From contig JAZDKI010000020.1 in the NCBI GenBank assembly GCA_043803165.1, positions 1-55,173 on the forward strand: a stretch of DNA of 55,173 nt. The letters run 5' to 3'. How positions within the stretch are numbered: position 1 is the stretch's first letter; each line of letters starts with the position of its first letter. This DNA is from Candidatus Micrarchaeota archaeon (GTDB taxonomy: Archaea > Micrarchaeota > Micrarchaeia > Anstonellales > Bilamarchaeaceae). Shown here piece after piece: positions 36,430 through 45,730 of this stretch. The notes below the pieces were generated by a model. The model was not told the origin of the DNA. It saw only the letters and a program-made list of their open reading frames with translations, and did no database searches. A program made the translations under genes and the position numbers.

Positions 36430-36765
36430 AAAAGCGGGCTTCAGTTCGGCCTGCGGGCCAAATCAGCCCACAACCCGTGAGGCACTACACAGAACCCGAA
36501 ACCTGGGAGTTGTGGGCTTCCCGGTTGGCCCTGACGGATAAACAAGGAGCCTGCGCCATCTGCTCGGTCCTGGGTCTTGCAAGCACGGCACAATAAATTT
36601 AGGGCTGCTCCTTCCGGCCTGACCCGGTTCATCTATTGTCCCGCCACACAAGGCAGGACGTCAGCGCTTAAGGCGCAGGGCATGCCTATCCGGCAAAACG
36701 CCCCGGGCATTCGAGCCGCCTAAGGGGATATGCGGTATCGGGACCCCTAGCCCCGCTCTAGCCCA
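36430..36765 (-). ncRNA. signal recognition particle RNA (7S RNA); ends approximate (+/-30 nt)
   Basis: The minus strand of 36601-36625 reads GGGTCAGGCCGGAAGGAGCAGCCC. This is the universal SRP RNA helix 8 with GGAA tetraloop (compare E. coli 4.5S GGUCAGGUCCGGAAGGAAGCAGCC). An adjacent helix-6-like hairpin reads GTCCTGCC-TTGTGT-GGCGGGAC. Long-range helix-5 pairings are CCCTGCGCC/GGCGCAGG and GGATA/TATCC. A/T-rich boxes lie upstream (36767-36797), and a T4 run marks the 3' end (36430-36433). Confidence 0.7.
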
Positions 36766-36855
36766 CATATATATGCCGATGGCGCTATTTAATTATGCCG
36801 GAATGGCGGGCATGCCATTTATAAAGTGTTTTAGTTAGTATATTAATGTGTAATA

Positions 36856-38166
36856 ATGGGCATTAAACAGAAGGTTTTACGTCCAGGGCCATCCCCCCAT
36901 CAAGAGGGAGGGCGGCGCCCCGGCATCTTTTCCAGCGCATTGAAGAAGCTCCGCGGATTCGCCCTCGCGGTCCCTTTGGCCGCGTCGCTATCGCTCGGCG
37001 CATGCGCCAAGGACCCGTGCTATTCCCATAACGAAACGACCCAGTCTCTCAACCGCAAGACCAACGGCCTGAGCAGGATGGTCCCTGAACTCGAGGGGTC
37101 CAGCTGGAAGATCCCTCTGGACCCCCAGCTCGCGGATTTCGTCAACGAGACCCACATGCTTTCGACACAGGGGATGCCAGAAGGCGTGACGATCACGAAG
37201 ACCGACAAGTCCTGCTCGCAAAAAAAAGGCCTGCAAGCGACCGCATATGCCCGTGCACGCTCGGATTTCACGCACGACCGGGGCATATATTTCCCAGGCG
37301 GCAAAGTGATTTTTCCGATAGATCTGATGATGCTGGTCTCCCATGAGCTCGGACATATGCAGCAGGACGGGGCCGCGGATCATAGCGAAGTGATATCCAC
37401 ACTGAATGCCGAAGAGCAGATGCTGATGGGATTCGTCCTGCTCCATGGGCAGGGGGCTCCAAAGAGGGACCTGATCCGCTTCGTCCATCACATCGACCGG
37501 CTGGGCCTTCCGTCAAGGCTCAATGGCATACTCTATATGATAAACGAAGGGCTCATCGGCGATGAGGATCTGAGCATCTACGACCTCGCGGATTTCTTCA
37601 TCTTCAATAAACTGGAGGCATCCGGGGGCGATTTCTCATATGTCAGGAACACCACTAGGGGATTCGATGCGGATTCCTATGCGGGGGAGGTGGAGAGGGT
37701 GGCTGGGATGGCGATAAACGAATCCCTCGACATGGCCCCCTCCGAGATCGCCCTAAAAACCAGGCTCCATCACCACAGGGCCCTTCTTGCGCGGTTCGGA
37801 CATGAGGAGGCATCGGCATACCTGCAGACGGCTTCTAATCTGGTCGGCTCTTTGCCTGTGACCGGCCTGGACGGGCTGGCGTGCTCTTCAGGCGACATCC
37901 TCAAAGATGCAGACGCCACGCGGTGCGAAGACCGTGAATGCGTTTTGAAAGGGGCGTATATGCAGGCGCCGGTGAATCTCAGCCTCTGCTGCCTTGATCC
38001 GGACATCCAGCGGGGCGTGCTGGTGAAGGTGCAGGTCGAAGCGAGCGGAAGGATGCTGACGGACAACGGCCGGGGGATGAGCTTTTTCGGATATAGATAC
38101 CCTGCGCTCATATCCATCGGGGATTATTCCAAAACCTTCCCTTCGATCGGCGATCGTTGCCGATGA
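36856..38166 (+). CDS. putative lipoprotein zinc metalloprotease (HExxH)
   Basis: The lipobox-like sequence is LSLGAC, and the zinc motif is VSHELGHMQQDG. I recognise no further family assignment. Confidence 0.65.
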   Translation: MGIKQKVLRPGPSPHQEGGRRPGIFSSALKKLRGFALAVPLAASLSLGACAKDPCYSHNETTQSLNRKTNGLSRMVPELEGSSWKIPLDPQLADFVNETHMLSTQGMPEGVTITKTDKSCSQKKGLQATAYARARSDFTHDRGIYFPGGKVIFPIDLMMLVSHELGHMQQDGAADHSEVISTLNAEEQMLMGFVLLHGQGAPKRDLIRFVHHIDRLGLPSRLNGILYMINEGLIGDEDLSIYDLADFFIFNKLEASGGDFSYVRNTTRGFDADSYAGEVERVAGMAINESLDMAPSEIALKTRLHHHRALLARFGHEEASAYLQTASNLVGSLPVTGLDGLACSSGDILKDADATRCEDRECVLKGAYMQAPVNLSLCCLDPDIQRGVLVKVQVEASGRMLTDNGRGMSFFGYRYPALISIGDYSKTFPSIGDRCR

Positions 38167-38167
38167 G

Positions 38168-38746
38168 TCAGGCCGCGTATCTCACCCTCTTCTCCACGTC
38201 CTTGACCCTCTTCAAGACGGATGGCGCCTTTTCATAAGAATCGTATCCCGAGAGGAACGCCTCTTCCGCGCGTTCTCGGGATTTCCCCTTTCCACGTCCA
38301 TCTCCGAGCGCGCGCAGCATCGTGAAGACGTCCACCGCCTTGTCCTCGATGTCTTTGGATATGAACCCGAGCCCGAAATCTATCACATACAGGCGCTTAT
38401 CGGACAGGATCAGGTTCGCGGGGGTGAAATCGCCATGGATGATGTCGTCCTTATGCAGTTTCGCGAGCATCCTGCCCGCCCCTTCCGCATCCCCCTCATC
38501 CATCGCGGGGCGCGAACCGCCGATAAAGCCCATCGTTATCCTGAAATCATCGACCTCATAGACGGTAGGGCAGTCCACGCCGGCCAATTTAGCCTTATGG
38601 AGGAGCCTGGCCTCCCCCCTCGTCCGCTCCATGCGCAGGCGCCGGTCCAGCTCCGTGGCGCGGTATCCCTTGGGGAGCCTCTCTTTGACCACGCACTGCC
38701 TGCCGAGCAGGATCTTTTTTGAGAGTACCGCTTCAGCTCCGCGCAT
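38168..38746 (-). CDS. bud32: Bud32/PRPK-type small kinase (KEOPS subunit)
   Basis: The 192-aa product has the catalytic loop IIHGDFTPANLIL and the metal-binding motif YVIDFGLG. It is stand-alone and not fused to Kae1. Confidence 0.8.
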   Translation of the reverse strand: MRGAEAVLSKKILLGRQCVVKERLPKGYRATELDRRLRMERTRGEARLLHKAKLAGVDCPTVYEVDDFRITMGFIGGSRPAMDEGDAEGAGRMLAKLHKDDIIHGDFTPANLILSDKRLYVIDFGLGFISKDIEDKAVDVFTMLRALGDGRGKGKSRERAEEAFLSGYDSYEKAPSVLKRVKDVEKRVRYAA

Positions 38747-38750
38747 GCAG

Positions 38751-39470
38751 TCACCTGAATATCATCCTTGAGAGGAACGTGAAGAAGACGAGCGCCATGA
38801 CCCACGTGAACACTATCACCGGGCTTATCAGCACGGAGCCCATGGCAAGAAGCGCCGCCACGACGATCAGCCAGGCCGGGAGGCTCCACCGGAACACCTT
38901 GCTCCCGTCCAGGGGGAAGGCGGGTATCATGTTGAAGAGCGCGAGGAGGATGTTCATCGCAGCCCCGAACCTCCACACCTGGAGGATCCCGCTTGCGATG
39001 CCGAAGCCGGTCCCGGCTGGGAAGCCTGCAAGGAAGCTGAAGAACATCCTCACAGGGGCGACATGATCCAATCCGAGGAAGAAGAGGGCCAGCGAGATGT
39101 TCAGCAGGGAGCCGGCCACGGCGATATGCCCGTTCTCCCTGTTGTCGACCCTGCCGTAGATGACGACGGCCCCGGGGGCGGCCAACAGGAACCCGAAGAG
39201 CGATGTCACGAGCATCGCGACCAGCCCGGTGGTCCACATCCGGAACCGCGCCCCGACCCCGTAATAGATGGCCGCCAGCTTGTGGGCCATCTCGTGGAGT
39301 ATGAATCCGCTTCCGACGGTGACAAAGAGGGGCGCGAGGAAGAGCAGGAATTCCTTTGGATATGCGAAGATGCCTGATACGCCCGCGAAGAAGATGCCCA
39401 TCGCGAGCGAGATGGCGAGCACGCTGACCGCGATCTGGCCAGCCTCGTCCTTTTCGATAAGTATATCCAT
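38751..39470 (-). CDS. site-2 protease family (M50) membrane metalloprotease
   Basis: The motif HEMAHK sits in a TM helix, and the second motif is NMIPAFPLDG. The protein is polytopic and hydrophobic. Confidence 0.8.
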   Translation of the reverse strand: MDILIEKDEAGQIAVSVLAISLAMGIFFAGVSGIFAYPKEFLLFLAPLFVTVGSGFILHEMAHKLAAIYYGVGARFRMWTTGLVAMLVTSLFGFLLAAPGAVVIYGRVDNRENGHIAVAGSLLNISLALFFLGLDHVAPVRMFFSFLAGFPAGTGFGIASGILQVWRFGAAMNILLALFNMIPAFPLDGSKVFRWSLPAWLIVVAALLAMGSVLISPVIVFTWVMALVFFTFLSRMIFR

Positions 39471-39474
39471 CGGT

Positions 39475-41622
39475 TCACCTATACATGGTCGCGGCAGCGC
39501 TCTTGAACCGCTGGACGCTCTCCACGTCCTCCTTCTTCACGCTCGGGACGATGTTCTTGAAGGACAGCTCGAAATGCCTCAGCGAGACCTTCTTCGACCC
39601 GTCCCTTATCGCGGCCATGCCGGCTTCCCTCACAAGATTGTCTATGTCCGCTCCGGTATATCCCTCGGTGAGTTTCGAGAGGTCCTTGAGCCCGACGTCC
39701 TTTTCCAAGGGCATCCTGGAGGTGGATATCTTGAAAATCTCCAGCCTCGCAGGCTCGTCCGGAGGCGTTATCTCGACAAGCCTGTCGAACCTCCCTGCCC
39801 GCATGAGCGCGGCATCGAGCATGTCAGGCCGGTTCGTCGCCGCTATCACGACCACGTTCTTGAGGCTCCGCAATCCGTCCATCTCAGTGAGCAGCGTATC
39901 GACTATCCTCTCGGTGACCATGGTCCCCCCTTCGCCGGAGCCTGTCCTGCGCACCGCTATCGCGTCGATCTCGTCTATGAACAGCACGCAGGGCGCGGCC
40001 ATCCGGGCCTTCTTGAATATCTCGCGGACCGATTTCTCGCTCTCACCGACGTATTTCGTCAGCACCTGCGCGCCGCTTATCGATATGAAATTCGCCTCGC
40101 TCTCGTTCGCCACCGCCTTGGCAAGGAGCGTCTTCCCTGTCCCGGGCGGCCCGTAGAGCAGTATGCCCTTTATCGGCCGGATGCCCATCTTCTCGAATAT
40201 CTCCGGTTTCTTGAGCGGGAGCTCCACGGCCTCTTGGATCTCCCTTTTTATGCCCTGCATGCCCCCGATATCCGCCCACTTCACGGTCGGCCTCTCCACA
40301 TACACCTCGCGGAGGGCGGACGGCTGGATCTCGTGCATCGCGTTGAAGAAGTCCTCCCTTGTGACGATGAGCGTCTCGAGGAGCTTTGGCGATATCGCCT
40401 CCTCCCCGATGTTTATCGCCGGGAGTATCCTCCGCAACGCCTTGATGGCGGCCTCCTTGCAGAGCAAAGAGAGGTCCGCTCCTGTGTATCCATGGGTGAC
40501 GTTGGCGACCTCGGTCACATCGACGTCTTTTTCCAAAGGCATGTTGCGCACATGGATGTTCAGGATCTCTTTCCGGTCGTTCTTGTCAGGGACGCCTATC
40601 TCTATCTCGCGGTCGAAGCGCCCCGGCCTCCGCAATGCCGGGTCTATGGAGTCCGGCCGGTTCGTGGCGCCGATCACGATGACCTCGCCCCTCGCCTTCA
40701 GGCCGTCCATGATGGTGAGCAATTGCGAGACCATCCTTTTTTCCACCTCGCCCATGACCTCCTCCCTCTTCGGGGCTATGGCGTCTATCTCGTCTATGAA
40801 TATTATCGACGGGGCGCCTTCCTGGGCTTCGGCGAAAAGCTTCCTCAGCCTCTCCTCGCTCTCCCCGACATACTTGCTGATGATCTCAGGGCCGCCCACA
40901 TAGAAGAAATTGGCGTCGCTTTCATTGGCGACCGCCTTGGCCAGCAGGGTCTTGCCCGTCCCCGGGGCGCCGTAGAGCAGGATGCCTTTGGGCGGATCTA
41001 TACCCAGCCTCTCGAAGATCTCGGGGTGCCGCAGCGGGAGCTCGATCATCTCGCGGACCTTCTGTATCGTGCTTTTCAGTCCGCCGACATCATCGTAGGT
41101 GATGTTCGGGACGTTCTTCATCTCCTTGATCGGCTCCTTGTTTATCCTGACCTCGGTCTCCTCGCTGACCATCACGGGGCCCTGCGGGAACACCTGGGCG
41201 ACTATGAGCGGGATCGATGTGCCGAATATGCCGACCGGGAGGAGGTTGCCTTTCAATAGGGGCTTTCCTATGAGCCTCTTTTTGACATACTGGTCGAATC
41301 CTACGGAGTATCGGACAGCTTCCTGCGGCGCCAGCACGATCTTCTTGGCCACCTTGACCTGCACCGGCTCGGCGCGTACCTTCTCGCCCAGGCCGACGCC
41401 CACGTTCTGCCTCAGGATGCCGTCCATCCTGATCATATCCAATCCTTCATCGTCCGGATGCGCCTGCCAGACGATGGCGAGGGCTGCCTTCTTGCCAAGG
41501 AGCCTTATCATATCCCCCGTGGAGACGCCCAGCTCGCTTTTGGCTTTGGAGTCTATCCTGGCTATCCCTCTCCCTATGTCGTTCTGGAACGCTTCAGCGA
41601 CCTTCAAAGTAATCGGGGCCAT
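39475..41622 (-). CDS. cdc48: Cdc48/VCP-like AAA+ ATPase
   Basis: A Cdc48-type N domain (LKVAEAFQNDIGRGIARI) is followed by two AAA modules, each with GxPGTGKTLLAKAVA and a Walker B (IIFIDEID / VLFIDEID). Confidence 0.9.
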   Translation of the reverse strand: MAPITLKVAEAFQNDIGRGIARIDSKAKSELGVSTGDMIRLLGKKAALAIVWQAHPDDEGLDMIRMDGILRQNVGVGLGEKVRAEPVQVKVAKKIVLAPQEAVRYSVGFDQYVKKRLIGKPLLKGNLLPVGIFGTSIPLIVAQVFPQGPVMVSEETEVRINKEPIKEMKNVPNITYDDVGGLKSTIQKVREMIELPLRHPEIFERLGIDPPKGILLYGAPGTGKTLLAKAVANESDANFFYVGGPEIISKYVGESEERLRKLFAEAQEGAPSIIFIDEIDAIAPKREEVMGEVEKRMVSQLLTIMDGLKARGEVIVIGATNRPDSIDPALRRPGRFDREIEIGVPDKNDRKEILNIHVRNMPLEKDVDVTEVANVTHGYTGADLSLLCKEAAIKALRRILPAINIGEEAISPKLLETLIVTREDFFNAMHEIQPSALREVYVERPTVKWADIGGMQGIKREIQEAVELPLKKPEIFEKMGIRPIKGILLYGPPGTGKTLLAKAVANESEANFISISGAQVLTKYVGESEKSVREIFKKARMAAPCVLFIDEIDAIAVRRTGSGEGGTMVTERIVDTLLTEMDGLRSLKNVVVIAATNRPDMLDAALMRAGRFDRLVEITPPDEPARLEIFKISTSRMPLEKDVGLKDLSKLTEGYTGADIDNLVREAGMAAIRDGSKKVSLRHFELSFKNIVPSVKKEDVESVQRFKSAAATMYR

Positions 41623-41630
41623 CGTATCAC

Positions 41631-42581
41631 CTAAGACCGGCCTTCTATCTGTCCGAGCTTAACGGCTATCTTACTATTTATAAGTTCGTCTTTTTTAAGC
41701 TGCACGACGGTGGAAAGCGATATGTCACCGGCAGCCTGCACGCCAAGGAAGCGCAGGGCGCCTTCACGCCCGAATGCGGCCTTCTTCCCGCCGACCTCGA
41801 CAGCCAAACCATCGCCAACGCACTCCAGCGCGCTGATTTTCCCGATAAGCATGTCCTTGGCCCTCCGGGAAAGCATCCTCGCATGCGAATCGATCTCCAC
41901 GCCGCCGTTTTTCGCGTCCGCGTTCTCGATGATGATCTCATCGCCCCTCTCGAGCCTATCCGCCCTCCCAAGGCCTTCGATTATGACGCACCTCCGCTCG
42001 GCCTTGCCGTCTGTCAGCATGAAAGAGAATCCCGGGACGGTCCTTCCGCCCCGCACAAACGTGTCCCTCCCCTCGATGGAGGAGACGACGCCCCGCAGAT
42101 GGATTCCTTCCCCGTCTTCCAGGCCGGATAGGTCGGAAAAAGCCGCCTTGGACGTGACTTCGAGGTTTCCGCTATATCCGAGATGCAGTTCCCCCCCCTT
42201 CTCATAGGCGCCTTTGACCGATATCGCGTCCTTAGCCCGCAGGCCCTTGGCAAGGTCCACATCATCGTTCCAGAGGACCAGGGGCTTATAGCCGGTCCCG
42301 TCCTCGACCTCGACCACCCTGGAGCGCTTCCCTGACGGATAAAGCGCCGTAGGCCAGACCTTCCTCACATCTGCGCAGAAGCAGACCCTTTTCTGGGCCC
42401 TTGGGATCTCCCCCAGGCGGAACGTCTTATCCTCGCTTTTGAGCAGGCCCATCTCTTTTGCGATGAGCCTGACCGCGACCTCCCTCGTCAGCAGGCCGTG
42501 GAACGATGAGACCGCTCCCCCTATCCTCTCTTCGAGCTGGTCCTTCGTCAGCGATTTGAGGAGTTCAGCCTCCAAGTCCAT
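41631..42581 (-). CDS. RPA-like OB-fold ssDNA-binding protein (tentative)
   Basis: Two segments follow the OB-fold pattern seen in archaeal RPA: RVVEVEDGTGYKPLVLWNDDVDLAKGLRAKDAISVKGAY and FSFMLTDGKAERRCVIIEGL...GDEIIIENA. The assignment rests on pattern only. Confidence 0.45.
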   Translation of the reverse strand: MDLEAELLKSLTKDQLEERIGGAVSSFHGLLTREVAVRLIAKEMGLLKSEDKTFRLGEIPRAQKRVCFCADVRKVWPTALYPSGKRSRVVEVEDGTGYKPLVLWNDDVDLAKGLRAKDAISVKGAYEKGGELHLGYSGNLEVTSKAAFSDLSGLEDGEGIHLRGVVSSIEGRDTFVRGGRTVPGFSFMLTDGKAERRCVIIEGLGRADRLERGDEIIIENADAKNGGVEIDSHARMLSRRAKDMLIGKISALECVGDGLAVEVGGKKAAFGREGALRFLGVQAAGDISLSTVVQLKKDELINSKIAVKLGQIEGRS

Positions 42582-42633
42582 GCCCGCATATCATCAGCTA
42601 AACGATTAAAACCGCACGCTGCGTTATCGGTGC

Positions 42634-43629
42634 ATGCACATCATGTCAGCCTTCGAATACTCCTTTCTCGCAGGCGAGCTTTCAAGATCGCTCGTAGGCA
42701 AGCATCTCTCACGCATCCGGAAGATCGGGGAAAAGAGATACCGGATGAAGATCGGTTCAGACGAGGTCATCTGCGAGCTCGGGATGCGCATCAACATCAC
42801 AAGGTATATCGAGCCTTGCGAAGGCGGGGACAAGTTCGCCGAGAAGATAGAAAAAGAGCTCGGGAACGCGAGATTGAAGGCCGTGCGGCAGGTGTGCCAT
42901 GACCGGATCCTATCCTTCGATTTCGAGAAGGGGTCGCTCATCTTCGAGATGTTCGGGGAAGGCAACGCGATCCTGATCCGGGACGGCGCCATCATAGCCG
43001 CGCACCGCTATGAGACATGGTCGGACCGCGAGATAAAGGCAGGGAGCCCCTACAAAGCGCCGAAAACCTCCCCGTCCGAGGCATTGGAGCTTTCAGATAA
43101 GTATGTCATCGTATCGCTGATGAAGATGCCACTCGGAAAGGAATATGCGCTCGAAGCCATATCCCGCTCGGGGATCGATGAGAAGACCCCCGGGACCAGC
43201 CTAAATCCGGAGCAGAGGCAGAATCTGGAGAAGGCGATCGATGAGATGCTTACAAGCGCCCGGCCGACCGGCTTCTTCGAAGGGGGCAGGATGGCGGATT
43301 TCTCGCTCGCCAGGCTCTCAAAACTCTCCAAATCAGAACCCAGGGATTTCGCCACGCTGAGCGAGGCGGCTGATGAATACTACGCCAATGCGGAGAAGCC
43401 GAACCTGAAGCTTGAGAAGCTCCTCGGGAGGCTGGAGAAGCAGAAGGAGCGCATCGCAGCCCTCAAAGAGGAGGAGAAGGAGCTGAAAGCCAAAGGCGAC
43501 CTGATCTACGAGAGATACTCCCGGGTCGAAGAGCTATCGGCCCTCGCCAAATCCGGGGATTTCGGATCCCTCGAGAAGCAGAACGTGAAAATAGATAAGA
43601 AAGGGAAAACCCTGGAAGCCGACCTCTAG
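42634..43629 (+). CDS. NFACT-N (Rqc2/FbpA N-terminal) domain protein with coiled coil; lacks the NFACT-R/DUF814 part
   Basis: The N-terminus MSAFEYSFLAGELSRSLVGKHLSRIRKIGEKRYRMKI is typical of the NFACT-N family. A C-terminal K/E-rich coiled coil follows. The product is only 331 aa. Confidence 0.5.
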   Translation: MHIMSAFEYSFLAGELSRSLVGKHLSRIRKIGEKRYRMKIGSDEVICELGMRINITRYIEPCEGGDKFAEKIEKELGNARLKAVRQVCHDRILSFDFEKGSLIFEMFGEGNAILIRDGAIIAAHRYETWSDREIKAGSPYKAPKTSPSEALELSDKYVIVSLMKMPLGKEYALEAISRSGIDEKTPGTSLNPEQRQNLEKAIDEMLTSARPTGFFEGGRMADFSLARLSKLSKSEPRDFATLSEAADEYYANAEKPNLKLEKLLGRLEKQKERIAALKEEEKELKAKGDLIYERYSRVEELSALAKSGDFGSLEKQNVKIDKKGKTLEADL

Positions 43630-44033
43630 TAGGCCGACTCGTTCGTTATCAGGTGGGGCTGGAGCACCAGCATCGCCCTTTTGGGCTTGTCCACGATCAT
43701 CGCGAGGACCGTGTTCTTGCCGTCCTTGGAGAGCGTATGGATGTGCATCACGTTCACGCCCTCTTTCGAGAGCAGGGTCGTTATCCGGTTCAGCTCCCCG
43801 GGCTTGTCCTCCAGCTTTATCACGACAGCGCTCTGGTCCTCGACCTTGTATCCGGCCGATTCTATGACCTGCTTGCCCTTGACTGCGTCTGATACCGTGA
43901 GCGAGATGATGGCCTTGCCTCCGACCACGTCCACGTTGATGGCATCGATGTTGATCTTGCTTTTAGCAAGGACGTATGATATGTCAGCGAGCAGCCCGAC
44001 CTTGTCATCCGCGATTATGGTGATGTTTTTCAT
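43626..44033 (-). CDS. tandem ACT-domain protein
   Basis: Two ACT-like beta-alpha-beta-beta-alpha-beta units are present: MKNITIIADDKVGLLADISYVLAKSKINIDAINV ... and VVIKLEDKPGELNRITTLLSKEGVNVMHIH. Confidence 0.65.
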   Translation of the reverse strand: MKNITIIADDKVGLLADISYVLAKSKINIDAINVDVVGGKAIISLTVSDAVKGKQVIESAGYKVEDQSAVVIKLEDKPGELNRITTLLSKEGVNVMHIHTLSKDGKNTVLAMIVDKPKRAMLVLQPHLITNESAY

Positions 44034-44043
44034 ATCCCCCGCC

Positions 44044-44352
44044 TCAGAACCTATAAATCTGGATATACGGCGTCTTCTTTATATACATAACGCCGTCTTT
44101 CGAGGCCAGGCCCATCGCGAGCGCCACACCGACCGCTTCTTTGCCCACAAGATTGGCCGAATCGAAGCTCCGGAGGGCCTTTTCGACCTGGGGCTTGCCC
44201 ACCAGCTCTCCCTGGTAGAATGATTTGTGCTTTTCCAGGTCCAGATACCCCTTGTCGCTTTCGAGGACCTTGCCTATCAGGTCCGCGTCGCAGACAGCGA
44301 CGACCTTCTCCTTGTCCTGGTGTATCTTCAGGTACATGGCCATCAATCGCAC
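44044..44352 (-). CDS. DUF424-family protein
   Basis: The sequence MYLKIHQDKEKVVAVCDADLIGK ... GELV ... ANLVGKEAV is the typical archaeal DUF424 pattern. Confidence 0.6.
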   Translation of the reverse strand: MRLMAMYLKIHQDKEKVVAVCDADLIGKVLESDKGYLDLEKHKSFYQGELVGKPQVEKALRSFDSANLVGKEAVGVALAMGLASKDGVMYIKKTPYIQIYRF

Positions 44353-44365
44353 CTCAACGATTTAA

Positions 44366-44902
44366 TCATTTCTGGACCCTGGCTTCCCTCGATTTCGGCT
44401 CCGGCCATCCTTTGGGGAAGCCGAAGATGAGCGGGCATACGAGCCTCTGCCCGTCTTTCAATCCTAGCGATCGCATCAGCGCCAATTCATCGGCGAGCAT
44501 GGTCGCGAAGCCTATGAAGCAGCTCCCCAGGCCGAGGTCGTATGCGCGGAGCATCATGTTCTGCGCAGCCAAAGCGCTGTCGATGTCGCCCCACTTGTCC
44601 TCTTCCGCTACGACCAGGACGAGGAGCGGCGCGCCATGGAAGATGACGTCCTCCTTGAGCTTCATCCTCTCCGCGAACCTGGCAGCGACGCCGAGCGTCC
44701 CGGCCTTCTCTTTCACCTTGTCCGATAGCGACTTGATCAGTTTGGTATCCGAGATGACGATGAACCTGCACGGCTGTCTGTCCATCGCGGACGGGGCCAT
44801 CGCCCCTGCTTTCAGCAGTTTCTTGATGATATCCTCCGGCACCGGCTTATCAAGATAGCTCCGGACCGATCTCCGCCCCAAAATCGCTTTCTCGACTTCC
44901 AT
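44366..44902 (-). CDS. nitroreductase-family protein
   Basis: The start is set at MEVEKAILGRRSVRSY (ATG 44902), a canonical nitroreductase N-terminus. APSAMDRQPCRF is also present. The longer ORF-track version would overlap the upstream gene. Confidence 0.75.
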   Translation of the reverse strand: MEVEKAILGRRSVRSYLDKPVPEDIIKKLLKAGAMAPSAMDRQPCRFIVISDTKLIKSLSDKVKEKAGTLGVAARFAERMKLKEDVIFHGAPLLVLVVAEEDKWGDIDSALAAQNMMLRAYDLGLGSCFIGFATMLADELALMRSLGLKDGQRLVCPLIFGFPKGWPEPKSREARVQK

Positions 44903-44964
44903 GATATGGATTGGGCTGGAAGGTTTATGAAAATATAAGAGAGGGGGAATCCCCCCAAAACAAA

Positions 44965-45600
44965 TCACGCCGCTTTTGTCATGCGTTCCTGGAGCGCCTC
45001 GACCACTTTCGGATGAACCGGCCACGGTGCATCCGGGTGGGCATCGCCCATCGCATGGTCCATCGCGGTCTTTCCGCTCTCATCTGTGGCTTTCGGATCC
45101 GCCCCAGCATCGAGCGCCTCCTTCACGCCTTCGGCGTCGCCCTTCTTCGCCGCATCGAGCAGTCGCTTGTCCGCTGGGACATAACCGGCTTGGTTTTGCT
45201 TTCCGCCCTCAGCTTTCGCCGGAGGCGTGTCCATCTCCCGGGCTTTCCCGTCCAGCGCCTTGTCCACCTGCCCCTTAGCGGTCATGAGGACCTCCAAATC
45301 GCGTCCGTTCCAGGTCCTTTTGGCTTCCGCCAAGACCGACTTCAGGCCTTCGCTCCAGCCCACGAGCTCCTTGAAACCCGCGTTTGCGCTTGCGAGCACA
45401 AGATAACCGCAGACGGCCTTGACCACTTCCCCATCCCGGCTCTTCCCGGCATCAGACAAGGTCTCGAATGTGCCTTTCTTCGGAGGGGCCATCGCTCTCG
45501 CGAACATATCGGCCGGATGCATCGCACCGACGAGCAACGGGCTGTCCGCCAATCTCCTAAAATCAGATCTCGCTTTAGCTACCTGTTCCTGCTTCGTCAT
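44965..45600 (-). CDS. hypothetical protein with C-terminal ankyrin repeat
   Basis: The sequence LLDAAKKGDAEGVKEALDAGADPKATDESGKTAMDHA matches the ankyrin consensus. Confidence 0.6.
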   Translation of the reverse strand: MTKQEQVAKARSDFRRLADSPLLVGAMHPADMFARAMAPPKKGTFETLSDAGKSRDGEVVKAVCGYLVLASANAGFKELVGWSEGLKSVLAEAKRTWNGRDLEVLMTAKGQVDKALDGKAREMDTPPAKAEGGKQNQAGYVPADKRLLDAAKKGDAEGVKEALDAGADPKATDESGKTAMDHAMGDAHPDAPWPVHPKVVEALQERMTKAA

Positions 45601-45730
45601 TCCCTTACTGGATTTCCAAACACCCTTTCATATTTTTACACCTCGTATACTGCGCCTTCAGGCACAGCTGTTATACTCGATGTGCGGATCCAAGGTATAT
45701 AAAGAAGCGTCACAAAATGCCCGCAACATT

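Noticed and set aside
36395-36503. Plus-strand GAGGAAAG (36396-36403) and ACAGAACCCG (36489-36498) resemble RNase P RNA conserved regions CR-I and CR-IV.
   Set aside because: No P1/P2/P4 pairing could be drawn. The second motif lies inside the much better supported minus-strand SRP RNA. Two short words alone are insufficient.
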